A DNA stretch of 35,104 nucleotides from Candidatus Eiseniibacteriota bacterium (GCA_046598045.1 JBKJJJ010000186.1:1-35104), one strand, 5' to 3'. Counted from the stretch's first letter, positions 17,891 through 26,325 are shown. Translations and numbers: made by a program. Notes: generated from the letters alone by a model not told the origin.

Positions 17891-19457
17891 GGGTGCCTCC
17901 CACGGTCATCTCGGAGAACAGGACCGTGGGCTGTCCGACGCCGACGGGCTTGAACTGCCCGTCCTTGCCGCACGACCCGGTGCACTGGTCGATGTCGAGG
18001 TCGTTGCCGAGTCCCTCGACCGCAAGCATCGCGTTCGCTGCGTTGCCGGTGAGCGTGACGTCCTTGACCGGCGAGGTGAGCTTGCCGTTCTCGATCAGGT
18101 AGGCCTCGGTGACGGCGAACGAGAAGTTGCCGTCGGCCGGGTTGACCGAGCCGCCGCCCATGTTCTTGCAGTAAACGCCGTTCTTGACCGAGCCCAGCAG
18201 GTCGTCCGGGTTCGACGTGCCGCCCGCGATGTAGGTGTTCGTCATGCGCGGGATCGGGAAGTCGCGGTAGCTGTTGCGCCGCCCGTTGCCCGTGCTCTTG
18301 TTGCCGGTGAGCTGGGCGTTGAGGCGGTCCCACAGGTAGTCCTTGAGCACGCCCCTCTCGACCACATGGGTCTTCTGCGAGGGTGTGCCCTCGTCGTCGA
18401 CCTTGAACGAGCCGCGCGAGTTCGGCACCGTCGAGTCGTCGTAGATGTCGACGATGTCCGAGCACACCTTCTGCCCGAACTGGTGCTCGCGGATCGACGT
18501 CTTCTTGCGGATGCCGTCGCCCTCGAGCGAGTGGCCGAAGCACTCGTGCACGAGCACGCCGCCCCAGCCCGGAGCGATCACGACCGGGTAGGAGCCCGCC
18601 TTCGCGTCCACCGCCGAGAGCAGCGCGACCGCGGCCTCGGCGGCGCGCGTGCCGGTCTGCTCGGGCGTCTGCACGCGCTCGTAGTAGTCGGCGTCGACCG
18701 AGCCGCCCGAGATGCCCACGCCGTTCTGGCGGTTCGTCCCGTCGATCGCCGTCGCCTGCACCGCGATGCGCGAGATGAACTGCCGATCTTCGACCCACAG
18801 GCCTTCGCTGTTGGCCACCAGGATCGCTTTCGCCGAGTCGCCGAGCGTGACCTGCGCCTGCTTGATGCGCGGGTCCTTCGCGCGCGCGGCCGCGTTGGCG
18901 CGCAGCGCGAGGTCGATCTTCTGGAGCTCGCTCGAGAACAGGGGCGCCGGGCGCGAGAGCGTGAACGGCGCGACCGCCTTCGAGACCGCGAACGCCCTGG
19001 GCGCGCCGGCCGCGGTCTTCGAGGCGACCGCGGCCGCGATCTTCGCGGCCTCGCGCAGCGCGGGCATGCCGTATTCGTCGGCATAGGCATAGCCGCACAC
19101 CTCGCCGTCGAGCACGCGCACGCCGACGCCCGAGAGGATGCCGTACGACACGCGCTTGAGCTCGCCCTCGTCGACTACGAACGCGGTGTTGATCGTGTAC
19201 TCGCCGTAGACCTCGGCGAACGCCGCGCCCCTGGAGCGTCCGATCTTGAGCAGGTCAGAGACCTGGTCGCGCGTCAGGAACGAGCTGACCGCGGGCAGCG
19301 CGGTCTCCGCGGCGGCGGCGAGCGCGGGCTCCCACGCGTCGAGTGCGACGCGCGACAGCACGATGCCGGCGCCCGTCGCGGCCGCGCCGCGCAGGAAGTC
19401 GCGGCGCGAAATCTGCCCGCAATCGCCATGGTGGAAAGAGGAATCCAGAGTGATCAT
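17883..19457 (-). CDS. tldD: TldD metalloprotease with an N-terminal twin-arginine signal
   Basis: Likely start ATG 19457. HECFGHSLEGD metal motif, DDEGTP, STGNGRR..Y..PIPRMTNT, CGKDGQ..PVG.GQPT; SRRDFL Tat motif. Confidence 0.92.
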   Translation of the reverse strand: MITLDSSFHHGDCGQISRRDFLRGAAATGAGIVLSRVALDAWEPALAAAAETALPAVSSFLTRDQVSDLLKIGRSRGAAFAEVYGEYTINTAFVVDEGELKRVSYGILSGVGVRVLDGEVCGYAYADEYGMPALREAAKIAAAVASKTAAGAPRAFAVSKAVAPFTLSRPAPLFSSELQKIDLALRANAAARAKDPRIKQAQVTLGDSAKAILVANSEGLWVEDRQFISRIAVQATAIDGTNRQNGVGISGGSVDADYYERVQTPEQTGTRAAEAAVALLSAVDAKAGSYPVVIAPGWGGVLVHECFGHSLEGDGIRKKTSIREHQFGQKVCSDIVDIYDDSTVPNSRGSFKVDDEGTPSQKTHVVERGVLKDYLWDRLNAQLTGNKSTGNGRRNSYRDFPIPRMTNTYIAGGTSNPDDLLGSVKNGVYCKNMGGGSVNPADGNFSFAVTEAYLIENGKLTSPVKDVTLTGNAANAMLAVEGLGNDLDIDQCTGSCGKDGQFKPVGVGQPTVLFSEMTVGGTRG

Positions 19458-19718
19458 GCACGCTCCAAAGGCGGCGAGCCTTCGCTGGCCGCAAGCCGGG
19501 GACGGGGCGCGCGCAACGGGAGGCGCCGCGCCGCGCGCCGACTCTCGCACCGCAAGCCGTGCAATCGCAAGCAGATGAGTGCTCGCCACCGTCGCAAAAT
19601 GGCAAAAAAGAGGTAGACCCCCCGCGGGGGTGGCGGCCCGCCGGGCGGTGGGCTAGACTCGGAGGCGAGACGCGGCCGCCCCGGCCGACCCAAACCCTTA
19701 TCCCACAAGGACTTTCGT

Positions 19719-20654
19719 ATGGCCATCACCTCCAGCGCCCGGGCCCTCAAGCGGGTGCGACTCATCGGCGCGCCCATGGATCTCGGCGCCGGCCGCCGCG
19801 GCGTCGACATGGGCCCTTCGGCGTTGCGCGTCGCCGAACTCGGCTCGCGGCTGCGCGAACTCGGCTACGTGGTCGAGGACTTCGGCGACGTCCGCGTCAA
19901 GCACCCGGAGCAGCAGGAGGCCGGCGACTCGAAGCTCAAGTACAAGGGCCCGATCCTCGACACCTGCACCGAGCTCGCGCTCGCGGTCGAGCAGTCGATC
20001 GAGGACGGCTGCATCCCGGTCGTGCTCGGCGGGGACCACTCGGTCGCGATCGGCTCGACCGCCGGGCTCGGCTCCCAGCTGCGCAAGCACGACCAGACGA
20101 TGGGCCTGCTCTGGTTCGACGCCCACGGCGACATGAACACGCCCGAGACCTCGCCCTCGGGCAACATCCACGGCATGGCGCTGGCGATCGCGCTCGGCCT
20201 CGGCGATCCGGACCTGACCGGCATCGGCGGGTTCAAGCCCAAGGTCGATCCCTCGCGCGCCGTGATCGTCGGCCCGCGCTCGATCGACCCGGCGGAGAAG
20301 ATCGTCATCCAGCAGGCGGGGGTCCACGTGTTCACCATGCGCGAAATCGACGAGCGTGGCATGCGCGCCGTGATGGAGGACGCGCTCAGGATCGCGAACG
20401 ACGGCACGTCGGGGCTCCACGTCTCGTTCGACATGGACTGCATCGACCCGTCCTACGCCCCGGGCACCGGCACCACGGTCCCGGGTGGGATCACCTACCG
20501 CGAGGCGCACCTCGCGATGGAGATGGTCGCCGACTCGAAGAAGCTGGCCGCGTTCGACCTGATGGAGGTCAACCCGGTGCTCGACGAGCACAACCAGACC
20601 GCGAACCTGGCGGTCGAGCTCCTGCTCTCGGCGTTGGGCAAGCGCATCCTCTAG
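19719..20654 (+). CDS. rocF: Arginase
   Basis: GVDMGP, LGGDHS, WFDAHGD, SPSGNIHGM, SFDMDCIDP, PGTGT.VPGG, EVNP. Confidence 0.93.
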   Translation: MAITSSARALKRVRLIGAPMDLGAGRRGVDMGPSALRVAELGSRLRELGYVVEDFGDVRVKHPEQQEAGDSKLKYKGPILDTCTELALAVEQSIEDGCIPVVLGGDHSVAIGSTAGLGSQLRKHDQTMGLLWFDAHGDMNTPETSPSGNIHGMALAIALGLGDPDLTGIGGFKPKVDPSRAVIVGPRSIDPAEKIVIQQAGVHVFTMREIDERGMRAVMEDALRIANDGTSGLHVSFDMDCIDPSYAPGTGTTVPGGITYREAHLAMEMVADSKKLAAFDLMEVNPVLDEHNQTANLAVELLLSALGKRIL

Positions 20655-20682
20655 CCCCGGACGACAGCGCGCAGCGTCGTGG

Positions 20683-20728
20683 ATCGGACGCGGATCGTCG
20701 GCGGAACGTCGCCGACGCCGCGTCCGAT
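20683..20728. repeat. Long imperfect inverted repeat (candidate enhancer/UAS, or hairpin after arginase)
   Basis: ATCGGACGCGG-at-CGTCGGCG-gaacgt-CGCCGACG-CCGCGTCCGAT: 19 paired bases with a 2-nt bulge and no U-tract. Confidence 0.75.
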
Positions 20729-20775
20729 TCGCATTGCGGGCGCGGAAGTGGTTGCCCCTTCAGGGGCGCGCGCGC

Positions 20776-20791
20776 TGGCACTCTCCTTGCT
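20776..20791 (+). promoter_or_regulatory. Sigma-54 (RpoN) -24/-12 promoter
   Basis: TGGCAC-TCTCC-TTGCT matches TGGCAC-N5-TTGCW with exact GG-N10-GC spacing, about 70 nt upstream of ATG 20861. Confidence 0.85.
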
Positions 20792-20860
20792 TCTTCCTGC
20801 TCGCGAGCGGCGGGCCCCTGTCCCCGGGACGCCGTGGAACGCCCCCGGCAGGGAAGCGTC

Positions 20861-21256
20861 ATGCGACGATCCACTGCCACCCTCGCGCTCGCTCTGCTGC
20901 TCGCGACGTGCGCGATTCTCCCCCCGGCTCGCTGTGCAGAGGCCGCGCTCTCGACCACGCGCTCCGCGGCGGTGCTGACCGTCGGCACGTGGGGCGACCC
21001 GGCGATGTGCATCGACATCGCCTTCTGGGTCGCGCGCCAGGCCATGCGGGTCATGGACCTCGTGGACGAGGAGTTCCGGCACCTGAAGGATGAGGTCAAG
21101 CGCGCGATCGAACACCCGCAGCAATTCCCCGGGGTGGTCCCGATCGGGCCGCCCGTTCCGCCGGAGCTGCAGCCGTTGCGGCACCCGCCCGCCTCGCACC
21201 GCCTCGCGCATCCCGCACCCGTTCCCGATTCGCTCCCGCTGAGGTCCATCTCGTGA
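20861..21256 (+). CDS. Small secreted protein 1 (131 aa): signal peptide, amphipathic core, Pro-rich tail
   Basis: C-terminal part of the 19559..21256 ORF starting at ATG 20861 (AGGGAAG upstream). MRRSTATLALALLLATCAILPPARCAEA signal; core IAFWVARQAMRVMDLVDEEFRH. Confidence 0.72.
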   Translation: MRRSTATLALALLLATCAILPPARCAEAALSTTRSAAVLTVGTWGDPAMCIDIAFWVARQAMRVMDLVDEEFRHLKDEVKRAIEHPQQFPGVVPIGPPVPPELQPLRHPPASHRLAHPAPVPDSLPLRSIS

Positions 21257-21579
21257 TCCGCTCCATCGCGCTCTCCGTCCTGGTTGCGGTCTCGCTGTCG
21301 ATCGTCGCGCCGGCGCTTGCGCCCACGCCCGTCTATGCCGCGGACTCCACCATGGTCCAGGGCGGGTTGCCGCCCGTCCCCTGGGCGAAGATCGCCCAGT
21401 GGGCGCTCAAGAACGCGCTCACGCTCCTCATGCTGGCCGAGGAGATCTGGCGGGACGTCACGGGTTCGGGCAGAAACCCGCCGCCCGAGCAGCCGCCGCC
21501 GACTTCGCCGCCGCCCTCGCAGCTTCCGGAAGAGGGGATCGCGTTCGCTCGGCCTCCGTTTGCAGGGGTGTTCGCTTGA
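21253..21579 (+). CDS. Small secreted protein 2 (108 aa): signal peptide, amphipathic core, Pro-rich tail
   Basis: GTGA overlap with ORF1. Signal MIRSIALSVLVAVSLSIVAPALA...VYA; core IAQWALKNALTLLMLAEEIWRD; PPPEQPPPTSPPP tail. Confidence 0.78.
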   Translation: MIRSIALSVLVAVSLSIVAPALAPTPVYAADSTMVQGGLPPVPWAKIAQWALKNALTLLMLAEEIWRDVTGSGRNPPPEQPPPTSPPPSQLPEEGIAFARPPFAGVFA

Positions 21580-21911
21580 GGGCTCGCCGATGGACGGCGT
21601 TCACCCTCGTGGCCTCCCTGTTCCTCCCACTCGCGCTGTCCGCGGGGCCGGGTGCCGTCCCGGCCCGCGCGGCCGGCGGCGAGACCACACTCGAGATCCG
21701 CGGTCTCAAGCGCACCAACCAGGCGCTGGCGGTCCTGATCGCGCTGCTCAAGTTGCTGGATGAACTCTCGACCCTGAACCCGGGCGACGGCATGCCGCCG
21801 CCGGTGCCGCCGCCGGTACCGCCCGCGCCCACCGGGCATCCCGGCGGGGGACCGTACCCCGCCCTCGCTCCCGACGATCCGCCCTCTGAGATGTCCTATG
21901 CGGGATCCTGA
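21576..21911 (+). CDS. Small secreted protein 3 (111 aa): signal peptide, amphipathic core, Pro-rich tail
   Basis: TTG start in a TTGA overlap with ORF2 (AGGGG upstream). Signal MRARRWTAFTLVASLFLPLALSAGPGAVPARA; core RTNQALAVLIALLKLLDELSTL; PPPVPPPVPP tail. Confidence 0.72.
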   Translation: MRARRWTAFTLVASLFLPLALSAGPGAVPARAAGGETTLEIRGLKRTNQALAVLIALLKLLDELSTLNPGDGMPPPVPPPVPPAPTGHPGGGPYPALAPDDPPSEMSYAGS

Positions 21912-21926
21912 GGAAGGAGCGTCGGC

Positions 21927-22028
21927 ATGGAATTGCCCACGGGGGACGACATCGGAGAAATCCTGAAGTTGATCGCCAACCTGCTGGTGCTGGTCTCGTG
22001 GTTGTGGCGACATCGCCCGCACGCCTAG
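21927..22028 (+). CDS. 33-aa peptide MELPTGDDIGEILKLIANLLVLVSWLWRHRPHA (core-only relative of the three upstream ORFs)
   Basis: Not in the ORF track; translated by hand. Strong SD GAGGAAGGAG 7 nt upstream, TAG at 22026-22028, similarity to the ORF2 core. Confidence 0.68.
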   Translation: MELPTGDDIGEILKLIANLLVLVSWLWRHRPHA

Positions 22029-22040
22029 CGGCGTGCGCCC

Positions 22041-24113
22041 TCACGCGTCGGGCGCGATCGACCAGTCGCCGCGGCGGAAGGCGTCGACCACCGCGTCGAG
22101 GTGGGGCAGGTAGGGGGCCGGGAGCTTCGGCTGGCGCGCGCGGCAGCGCGCGCGCGCGTCCTCGTCGCTCGTCGCCTCGCCCGTGACCTCGGAGACGAAC
22201 TCGAGGTAGCCCGCGAGCCGCGAGCGCGCGCGGTCCTCGAGGTCGGGCAGGACGGCGATCGTGCGCGCCGCGCGCTTGAGATCGAAGTTCTGGGCGGCGA
22301 ATGCCTTGAAGCATTCGCCCTGGAAATAGTAGGTCAGGCTCGAGCGGTCGGCCACCGGCGCTGCTGCGCGGCCCGCCGGAGAACGGCGGAGGCGCGCCAG
22401 GCTCCGCTCGGCCTGGCTCAGGTTGAAGTCACAGCGGCGTAACTGATCGAGCACCCAGGCGCCGGTGGTCTCGACGTCGCGCTTGAGCGGCCGCGTCGCG
22501 CCGTCGTCGCTGTAGGAGCGCGTCGGCGCGGGCGTGGTCGCGCGCCCGGATCCGCCGGCTGCGTTCTCTTCCTCGTCGTCGTGATCGTGGTTGGCCCCGG
22601 GCGTGTCGAAGTCCTGGTCGGCGTGCGCCAGCAGGTTTTCGAGGTCGGCCAGCGTCGGCGTGCTCCCCTGGGTGCGCAGGACGAGCGCGGTCAGGACGTT
22701 GCGCAGTTCACGAATGTTGCCCGGGAAGCCGTACTCCTCGAGCCGCCGCAGCACTGCGGCCGAGAGGCGCGGGGCCGGGCCGCCGATCTCGTCGGCCATG
22801 CGGTCGAGCACGTGGGACACCAGCAGCGGGATGTCGCCCTTGCGGTCGCGCAGGGACGGCAGCCGGATGCAGAACACGTTCAGGCGGTAATAGAGGTCCG
22901 GGCGGAAGCGGCCGCCCTTGACCTCGGCCAGCAGGTCGCGATTGGTCGCGGCCACCACGCGCACGTCGACCTGGATCGCGCGCTCGTCGCCCACGCGGCG
23001 GAAGCGGCCCTCCTGCAGCACGCGCAGGAGCCGCGTCTGCGCGCCCGACGACAGCTCGCCGATCTCGTCGAGGAAGAGCGTGCCGCCGTTCGCCAGCTCG
23101 AACGCTCCGCGCCGGTCGCGCGTGGCGCCGGTGAACGCGCCGCGCACGTGGCCGAACAGCTCGCTCTCGATCAGCTCGCGCGGGATCGCGCCGCAGTCGA
23201 CGGTCTCGAACGGCCGGTCGGCGCGCGGCGACAGCGCATGGATCGCGCGCGCCGCGAGTTCCTTGCCGGTGCCGGTCTCGCCCAGGATCAGCACCGGGCA
23301 ACGCGCGGGCGCGACCGAGGCGACCTCGCGGAACGAGCGCTCGAACGCCGGCGCCTGGCCGATGATCTCCTGCATGATCGGAAAGCGCCGCCGCAGTTCC
23401 GGCAGCGAAAGCCGGCCCAGGTGCGCCGATGCGCCGGCATCGGGCTCGAGCGCGCCCGGGGCCTCCTGGGGCGCGATCGGTCCCTCGGCGGGTTCGACCT
23501 CCGAGGGCATGGCGGCCTGGTGAAACATCAGGTTCTCGAGCGCCTGCGTGCACATCTGGGCCGCCGTGGCGAGCAGGTCGAGCTCATCGTCGTCGTAGTT
23601 GCCCTCGAGCAGGCGCGGGCCCCAGATCGCGAGGCCGTAGAAGCCGCCGCGCCCGACCAGCGGCACGATCGCCTGCGCGTCGAGCCGGGCGAGCCAGTCG
23701 CCGTTCCGGCGCACGAAGTCGCGGCAGCGATCGCTCTTGGGCGAGGGCTTGAGCGAGACGCCGCTGCGGGCTTCGGCACTTTCGAGGTAGCTGAGGTCGT
23801 CCGGGTCGAGCACCGGACGGATGTCGCTGACGATCGCTTCCTGGTAGCCGTAGTGTCGCCACAGGCGCAGGCGGCCGCGCTGGGCCTCCCAGCGCAGGCC
23901 GGCGGCGCTGGCCGCACCGACGCCGGCAACACAGGAAAGCAGGAATTGGCCCACGGCCTGCCCGGGGTCGCCGGCGGACAAAAGCCCGCGGGCGATCTCG
24001 AGCAGGGCGGTCAGCTCGAAATTCTGGCGTTCGAGGACTTCGCGAGTCGGCCGTCCGTCGCCGGATCGGCGCGCGGACCGCTCGGGAGCGGGAGGATCGC
24101 TCGTGCGGCTCAT
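22041..24113 (-). CDS. Sigma-54-dependent enhancer-binding protein: GAF-like sensor, AAA+ domain, atypical extended C-terminus (690 aa)
   Basis: Start reassigned to ATG 24113 (MSRTSDPP). [60 protein letters not shown]-terminal GAF-like region (VPLVGRGG...[13 protein letters not shown]). Confidence 0.92.
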   Translation of the reverse strand: MSRTSDPPAPERSARRSGDGRPTREVLERQNFELTALLEIARGLLSAGDPGQAVGQFLLSCVAGVGAASAAGLRWEAQRGRLRLWRHYGYQEAIVSDIRPVLDPDDLSYLESAEARSGVSLKPSPKSDRCRDFVRRNGDWLARLDAQAIVPLVGRGGFYGLAIWGPRLLEGNYDDDELDLLATAAQMCTQALENLMFHQAAMPSEVEPAEGPIAPQEAPGALEPDAGASAHLGRLSLPELRRRFPIMQEIIGQAPAFERSFREVASVAPARCPVLILGETGTGKELAARAIHALSPRADRPFETVDCGAIPRELIESELFGHVRGAFTGATRDRRGAFELANGGTLFLDEIGELSSGAQTRLLRVLQEGRFRRVGDERAIQVDVRVVAATNRDLLAEVKGGRFRPDLYYRLNVFCIRLPSLRDRKGDIPLLVSHVLDRMADEIGGPAPRLSAAVLRRLEEYGFPGNIRELRNVLTALVLRTQGSTPTLADLENLLAHADQDFDTPGANHDHDDEEENAAGGSGRATTPAPTRSYSDDGATRPLKRDVETTGAWVLDQLRRCDFNLSQAERSLARLRRSPAGRAAAPVADRSSLTYYFQGECFKAFAAQNFDLKRAARTIAVLPDLEDRARSRLAGYLEFVSEVTGEATSDEDARARCRARQPKLPAPYLPHLDAVVDAFRRGDWSIAPDA

Positions 24114-24119
24114 GGGCGC

Positions 24120-24152
24120 ATCGTAGCACGCGCCCTGTGCCTGCGCTATGCT
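24120..24152. promoter_or_regulatory. Divergent -10 elements for the enhancer-binding protein and the nfeD operon
   Basis: Minus strand TGCTACGAT (24128-24120), 6 nt before ATG 24113 (leaderless geometry); plus strand TATGCT (24147-24152) before ATG 24168. Confidence 0.5.
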
Positions 24153-24167
24153 GGCTCCGAGGCGCCC

Positions 24168-24485
24168 ATGACCCCAGATCTCCCAGCCATCCAAACTTTG
24201 CTTCCCCCGATCCTGGCCCTCTTGGTCTATGGCGCGGTCGCGCTGTGGATGGGGCTGCGCGCGCAACGCGCGCGGCCCGTCAGCGGTCCCGAAGGCTTGA
24301 TCGGCCTCCCGGGAGTCGCCTTGACGCGCATCGCGCAGGGGCACGTGGGACAGGTGTTCGTGCGCGGGGAGATCTGGGAGGCGTTGCCGCTCCACGGCGA
24401 GCGGCCGATCGCGCCGGAAGAGACCGTTGCCATCGCGCAGCTCGAGGGGCTCACCGCTCGGGTGGTCCCCGCCGAGATGCCATAA
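24168..24485 (+). CDS. Short NfeD-family (OB-fold) partner of stomatin
   Basis: One TM, then PVSGPEGLIG..G.A, GQVFVRGEIWEA, LEGLTARV; upstream of an SPFH gene. Confidence 0.85.
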   Translation: MTPDLPAIQTLLPPILALLVYGAVALWMGLRAQRARPVSGPEGLIGLPGVALTRIAQGHVGQVFVRGEIWEALPLHGERPIAPEETVAIAQLEGLTARVVPAEMP

Positions 24486-24503
24486 CGCCAAGGACGCGAC
24501 CCG

Positions 24504-25265
24504 ATGCCGATTCTCGGAGGGTTTCTCCCGGTCCTGTTTCTCGTGCTCCTGTTCCTCGGGAGCGCCATCAAGGTGTTGCGCGAATACGAGCGCGCCGTCG
24601 TGTTCCGCCTCGGGCGCGTGCAGGGCGTCAAGGGACCCGGCCTGATCCTGCTCATCCCGATGATCGACCGCATGGTCAAGGTCTCGCTGCGCACGGTCAC
24701 GCTCGACGTGCCGCCGCAGGACGTGATCACCCGCGACAACGTGTCGGTCAAGGTCAACGCGGTCGTGTTCTTCCGCGTGCTCGACGCCTCGAAGGCGATC
24801 ATCGAGGTCGAGAACTACCTCTACGCCACGAGCCAGATCGCGCAGACCACGCTGCGCTCGATCTGCGGGCAGGCGGACCTCGACGAGATCCTGTCCGAGC
24901 GCGAGAAGATCAACCGCGAGTTGCAGACCATCATCGACAAGCAGACCGACCCGTGGGGCATCAAGGTCAGCGTGGTCGAGGTCAAGCACGTCGACCTGCC
25001 GCAGGAGATGCAGCGCGCGATCGCGCGCCAGGCCGAGGCCGGGCGCGAGCGCCGTGCGAAGGTCATCAATGCCGACGGCGAGTTCCAGGCCGCCCAGCGC
25101 CTCGCCGACGCGGCGAAGATCATCGCCTCCGAGCCGGCCGCGCTCCAGCTGCGCTATCTCCAGACGCTCGCCGAGATCGCGACCGAGAACAACTCGACCA
25201 CGATCTTCCCGGTGCCGATCGACTTCATGAAGGCGTTCATGGGCAAGATGGGATCGACCGTATGA
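24504..25265 (+). CDS. SPFH/stomatin (slipin) family protein
   Basis: [59 protein letters not shown]. Confidence 0.95.
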   Translation: MPILGGFLPVLFLVLLFLGSAIKVLREYERAVVFRLGRVQGVKGPGLILLIPMIDRMVKVSLRTVTLDVPPQDVITRDNVSVKVNAVVFFRVLDASKAIIEVENYLYATSQIAQTTLRSICGQADLDEILSEREKINRELQTIIDKQTDPWGIKVSVVEVKHVDLPQEMQRAIARQAEAGRERRAKVINADGEFQAAQRLADAAKIIASEPAALQLRYLQTLAEIATENNSTTIFPVPIDFMKAFMGKMGSTV

Positions 25266-25921
25266 AGTCCGCACGCTGTTTTGCCGCCTGCGCTCTCGCC
25301 GCGGTCATGCTCGCGGGCTGCGCTCGCAAGGCGGACGACCTCACGCAGCCCGTCGCGCCCGCGAAGCCCGAGGTCGCGAACGCGGCGACGGGCTCGATGT
25401 GGCGTACGCAGTTCGAGAGCAAGCAGCGGCAATGGCGCGGAGAATTCCAGGGACCGGATTCGCCGCTGCCCGAGGGTCGGCGCGCCACTCATGACGGCCC
25501 CGCGTTCTTTCCGTACGCCCCCGAATGGCGCCTGGTCGGCGACCTCCAGCGCCTGCCCGTGCAGAAGTTCGACCGCATGCCAGCGACCCGCGGCAAGACC
25601 GCGGACTATCTCGAGTACGGGAAGATCCCGGTCGCCGCGAACGGCGACACGGTGACGCTCACGGTCTACCGGCCGCTCGACCACCCGGAGCAGTTCTTCA
25701 TCCCGTTCAAGGATGCGACCACGGGCGATCAGACCTACGGCGGCGGGCGCTACGTGCACCTCGACTCGCTCGACGTGCACCGCTGGATCCTCGATTTCAA
25801 CAGCGCCTACAATCCATATTGCGCGTACGACACGGTGTGGATCTGCCCGGTCCCGCCGACCGGGAACACGCTTTCCTTCCCGGTGCACGCGGGAATGATG
25901 GCGCCGAAGGGGCAGGAGTGA
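25262..25921 (+). CDS. DUF1684-family lipoprotein
   Basis: Start reassigned to ATG 25262. LAGC lipobox; [30 protein letters not shown]....CP.PP..N.L...V.AG. Confidence 0.85.
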   Translation: MKSARCFAACALAAVMLAGCARKADDLTQPVAPAKPEVANAATGSMWRTQFESKQRQWRGEFQGPDSPLPEGRRATHDGPAFFPYAPEWRLVGDLQRLPVQKFDRMPATRGKTADYLEYGKIPVAANGDTVTLTVYRPLDHPEQFFIPFKDATTGDQTYGGGRYVHLDSLDVHRWILDFNSAYNPYCAYDTVWICPVPPTGNTLSFPVHAGMMAPKGQE

Positions 25922-26325
25922 GCACGACCGCTCGCCGCAACATCTCGAGCGGCTCGCCCTGGGAGCCGAAGTTCGGCTACTCGCGCGCCGTGCGCGTCGG
26001 CCCTTGGGTGCTGGTCGCGGGGACGACGGGCTCGGACGCCGCTGGCAAGGCGATCGGCGGCGCGGGCGACGCGTACGCGCAGTCGAAGGCGGCGCTCGAC
26101 AAGATCGAGGCGGCGCTGGTCGAGGCGGGTGCGACAATGCAGCAGGTCGTGCGCACGCGCATCTTCGTCACGCGCATCGCCGACTTCGACGCCGTCGCGC
26201 GGGCGCACGCGGAGCGCTTCGGGGAGATTCGTCCGGCTTCGACGCTGGTCGAGGTCAGCGCGCTGGTCACGCCCGATCTGATCGTCGAGATCGAGGCGGA
26301 CGCGTACGTCGGAGAAGGCGCATGA
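25918..26325 (+). CDS. RidA/YjgF family protein
   Basis: GTG 25918 in a GTGA overlap. SGSPWE..GYSRAVRVG, VVRTRIFV, RPASTLVEVS.L, VEIEADA. Confidence 0.9.
   Translation: MSTTARRNISSGSPWEPKFGYSRAVRVGPWVLVAGTTGSDAAGKAIGGAGDAYAQSKAALDKIEAALVEAGATMQQVVRTRIFVTRIADFDAVARAHAERFGEIRPASTLVEVSALVTPDLIVEIEADAYVGEGA

Noticed and set aside
19719..20654. Arginase as a RiPP peptide arginase acting on the adjacent small ORFs
   Set aside because: All motifs match canonical free-arginine arginases (SPSGNIHGM, EVNP), and the small ORFs have Sec-type signals rather than RiPP leaders and their own promoter
21352..21372. Double-glycine bacteriocin leader (MVQGG|LP) in ORF2, and AAGG in ORF3
   Set aside because: The GG follows a Sec-type signal, lacks the LSxxEL leader consensus, and no peptidase-containing ABC transporter is in the window; secondary processing here cannot be excluded
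21470..21830. CCG-rich repeats as non-coding repeat elements
   Set aside because: Explained by poly-proline coding in the tails of ORF2 and ORF3
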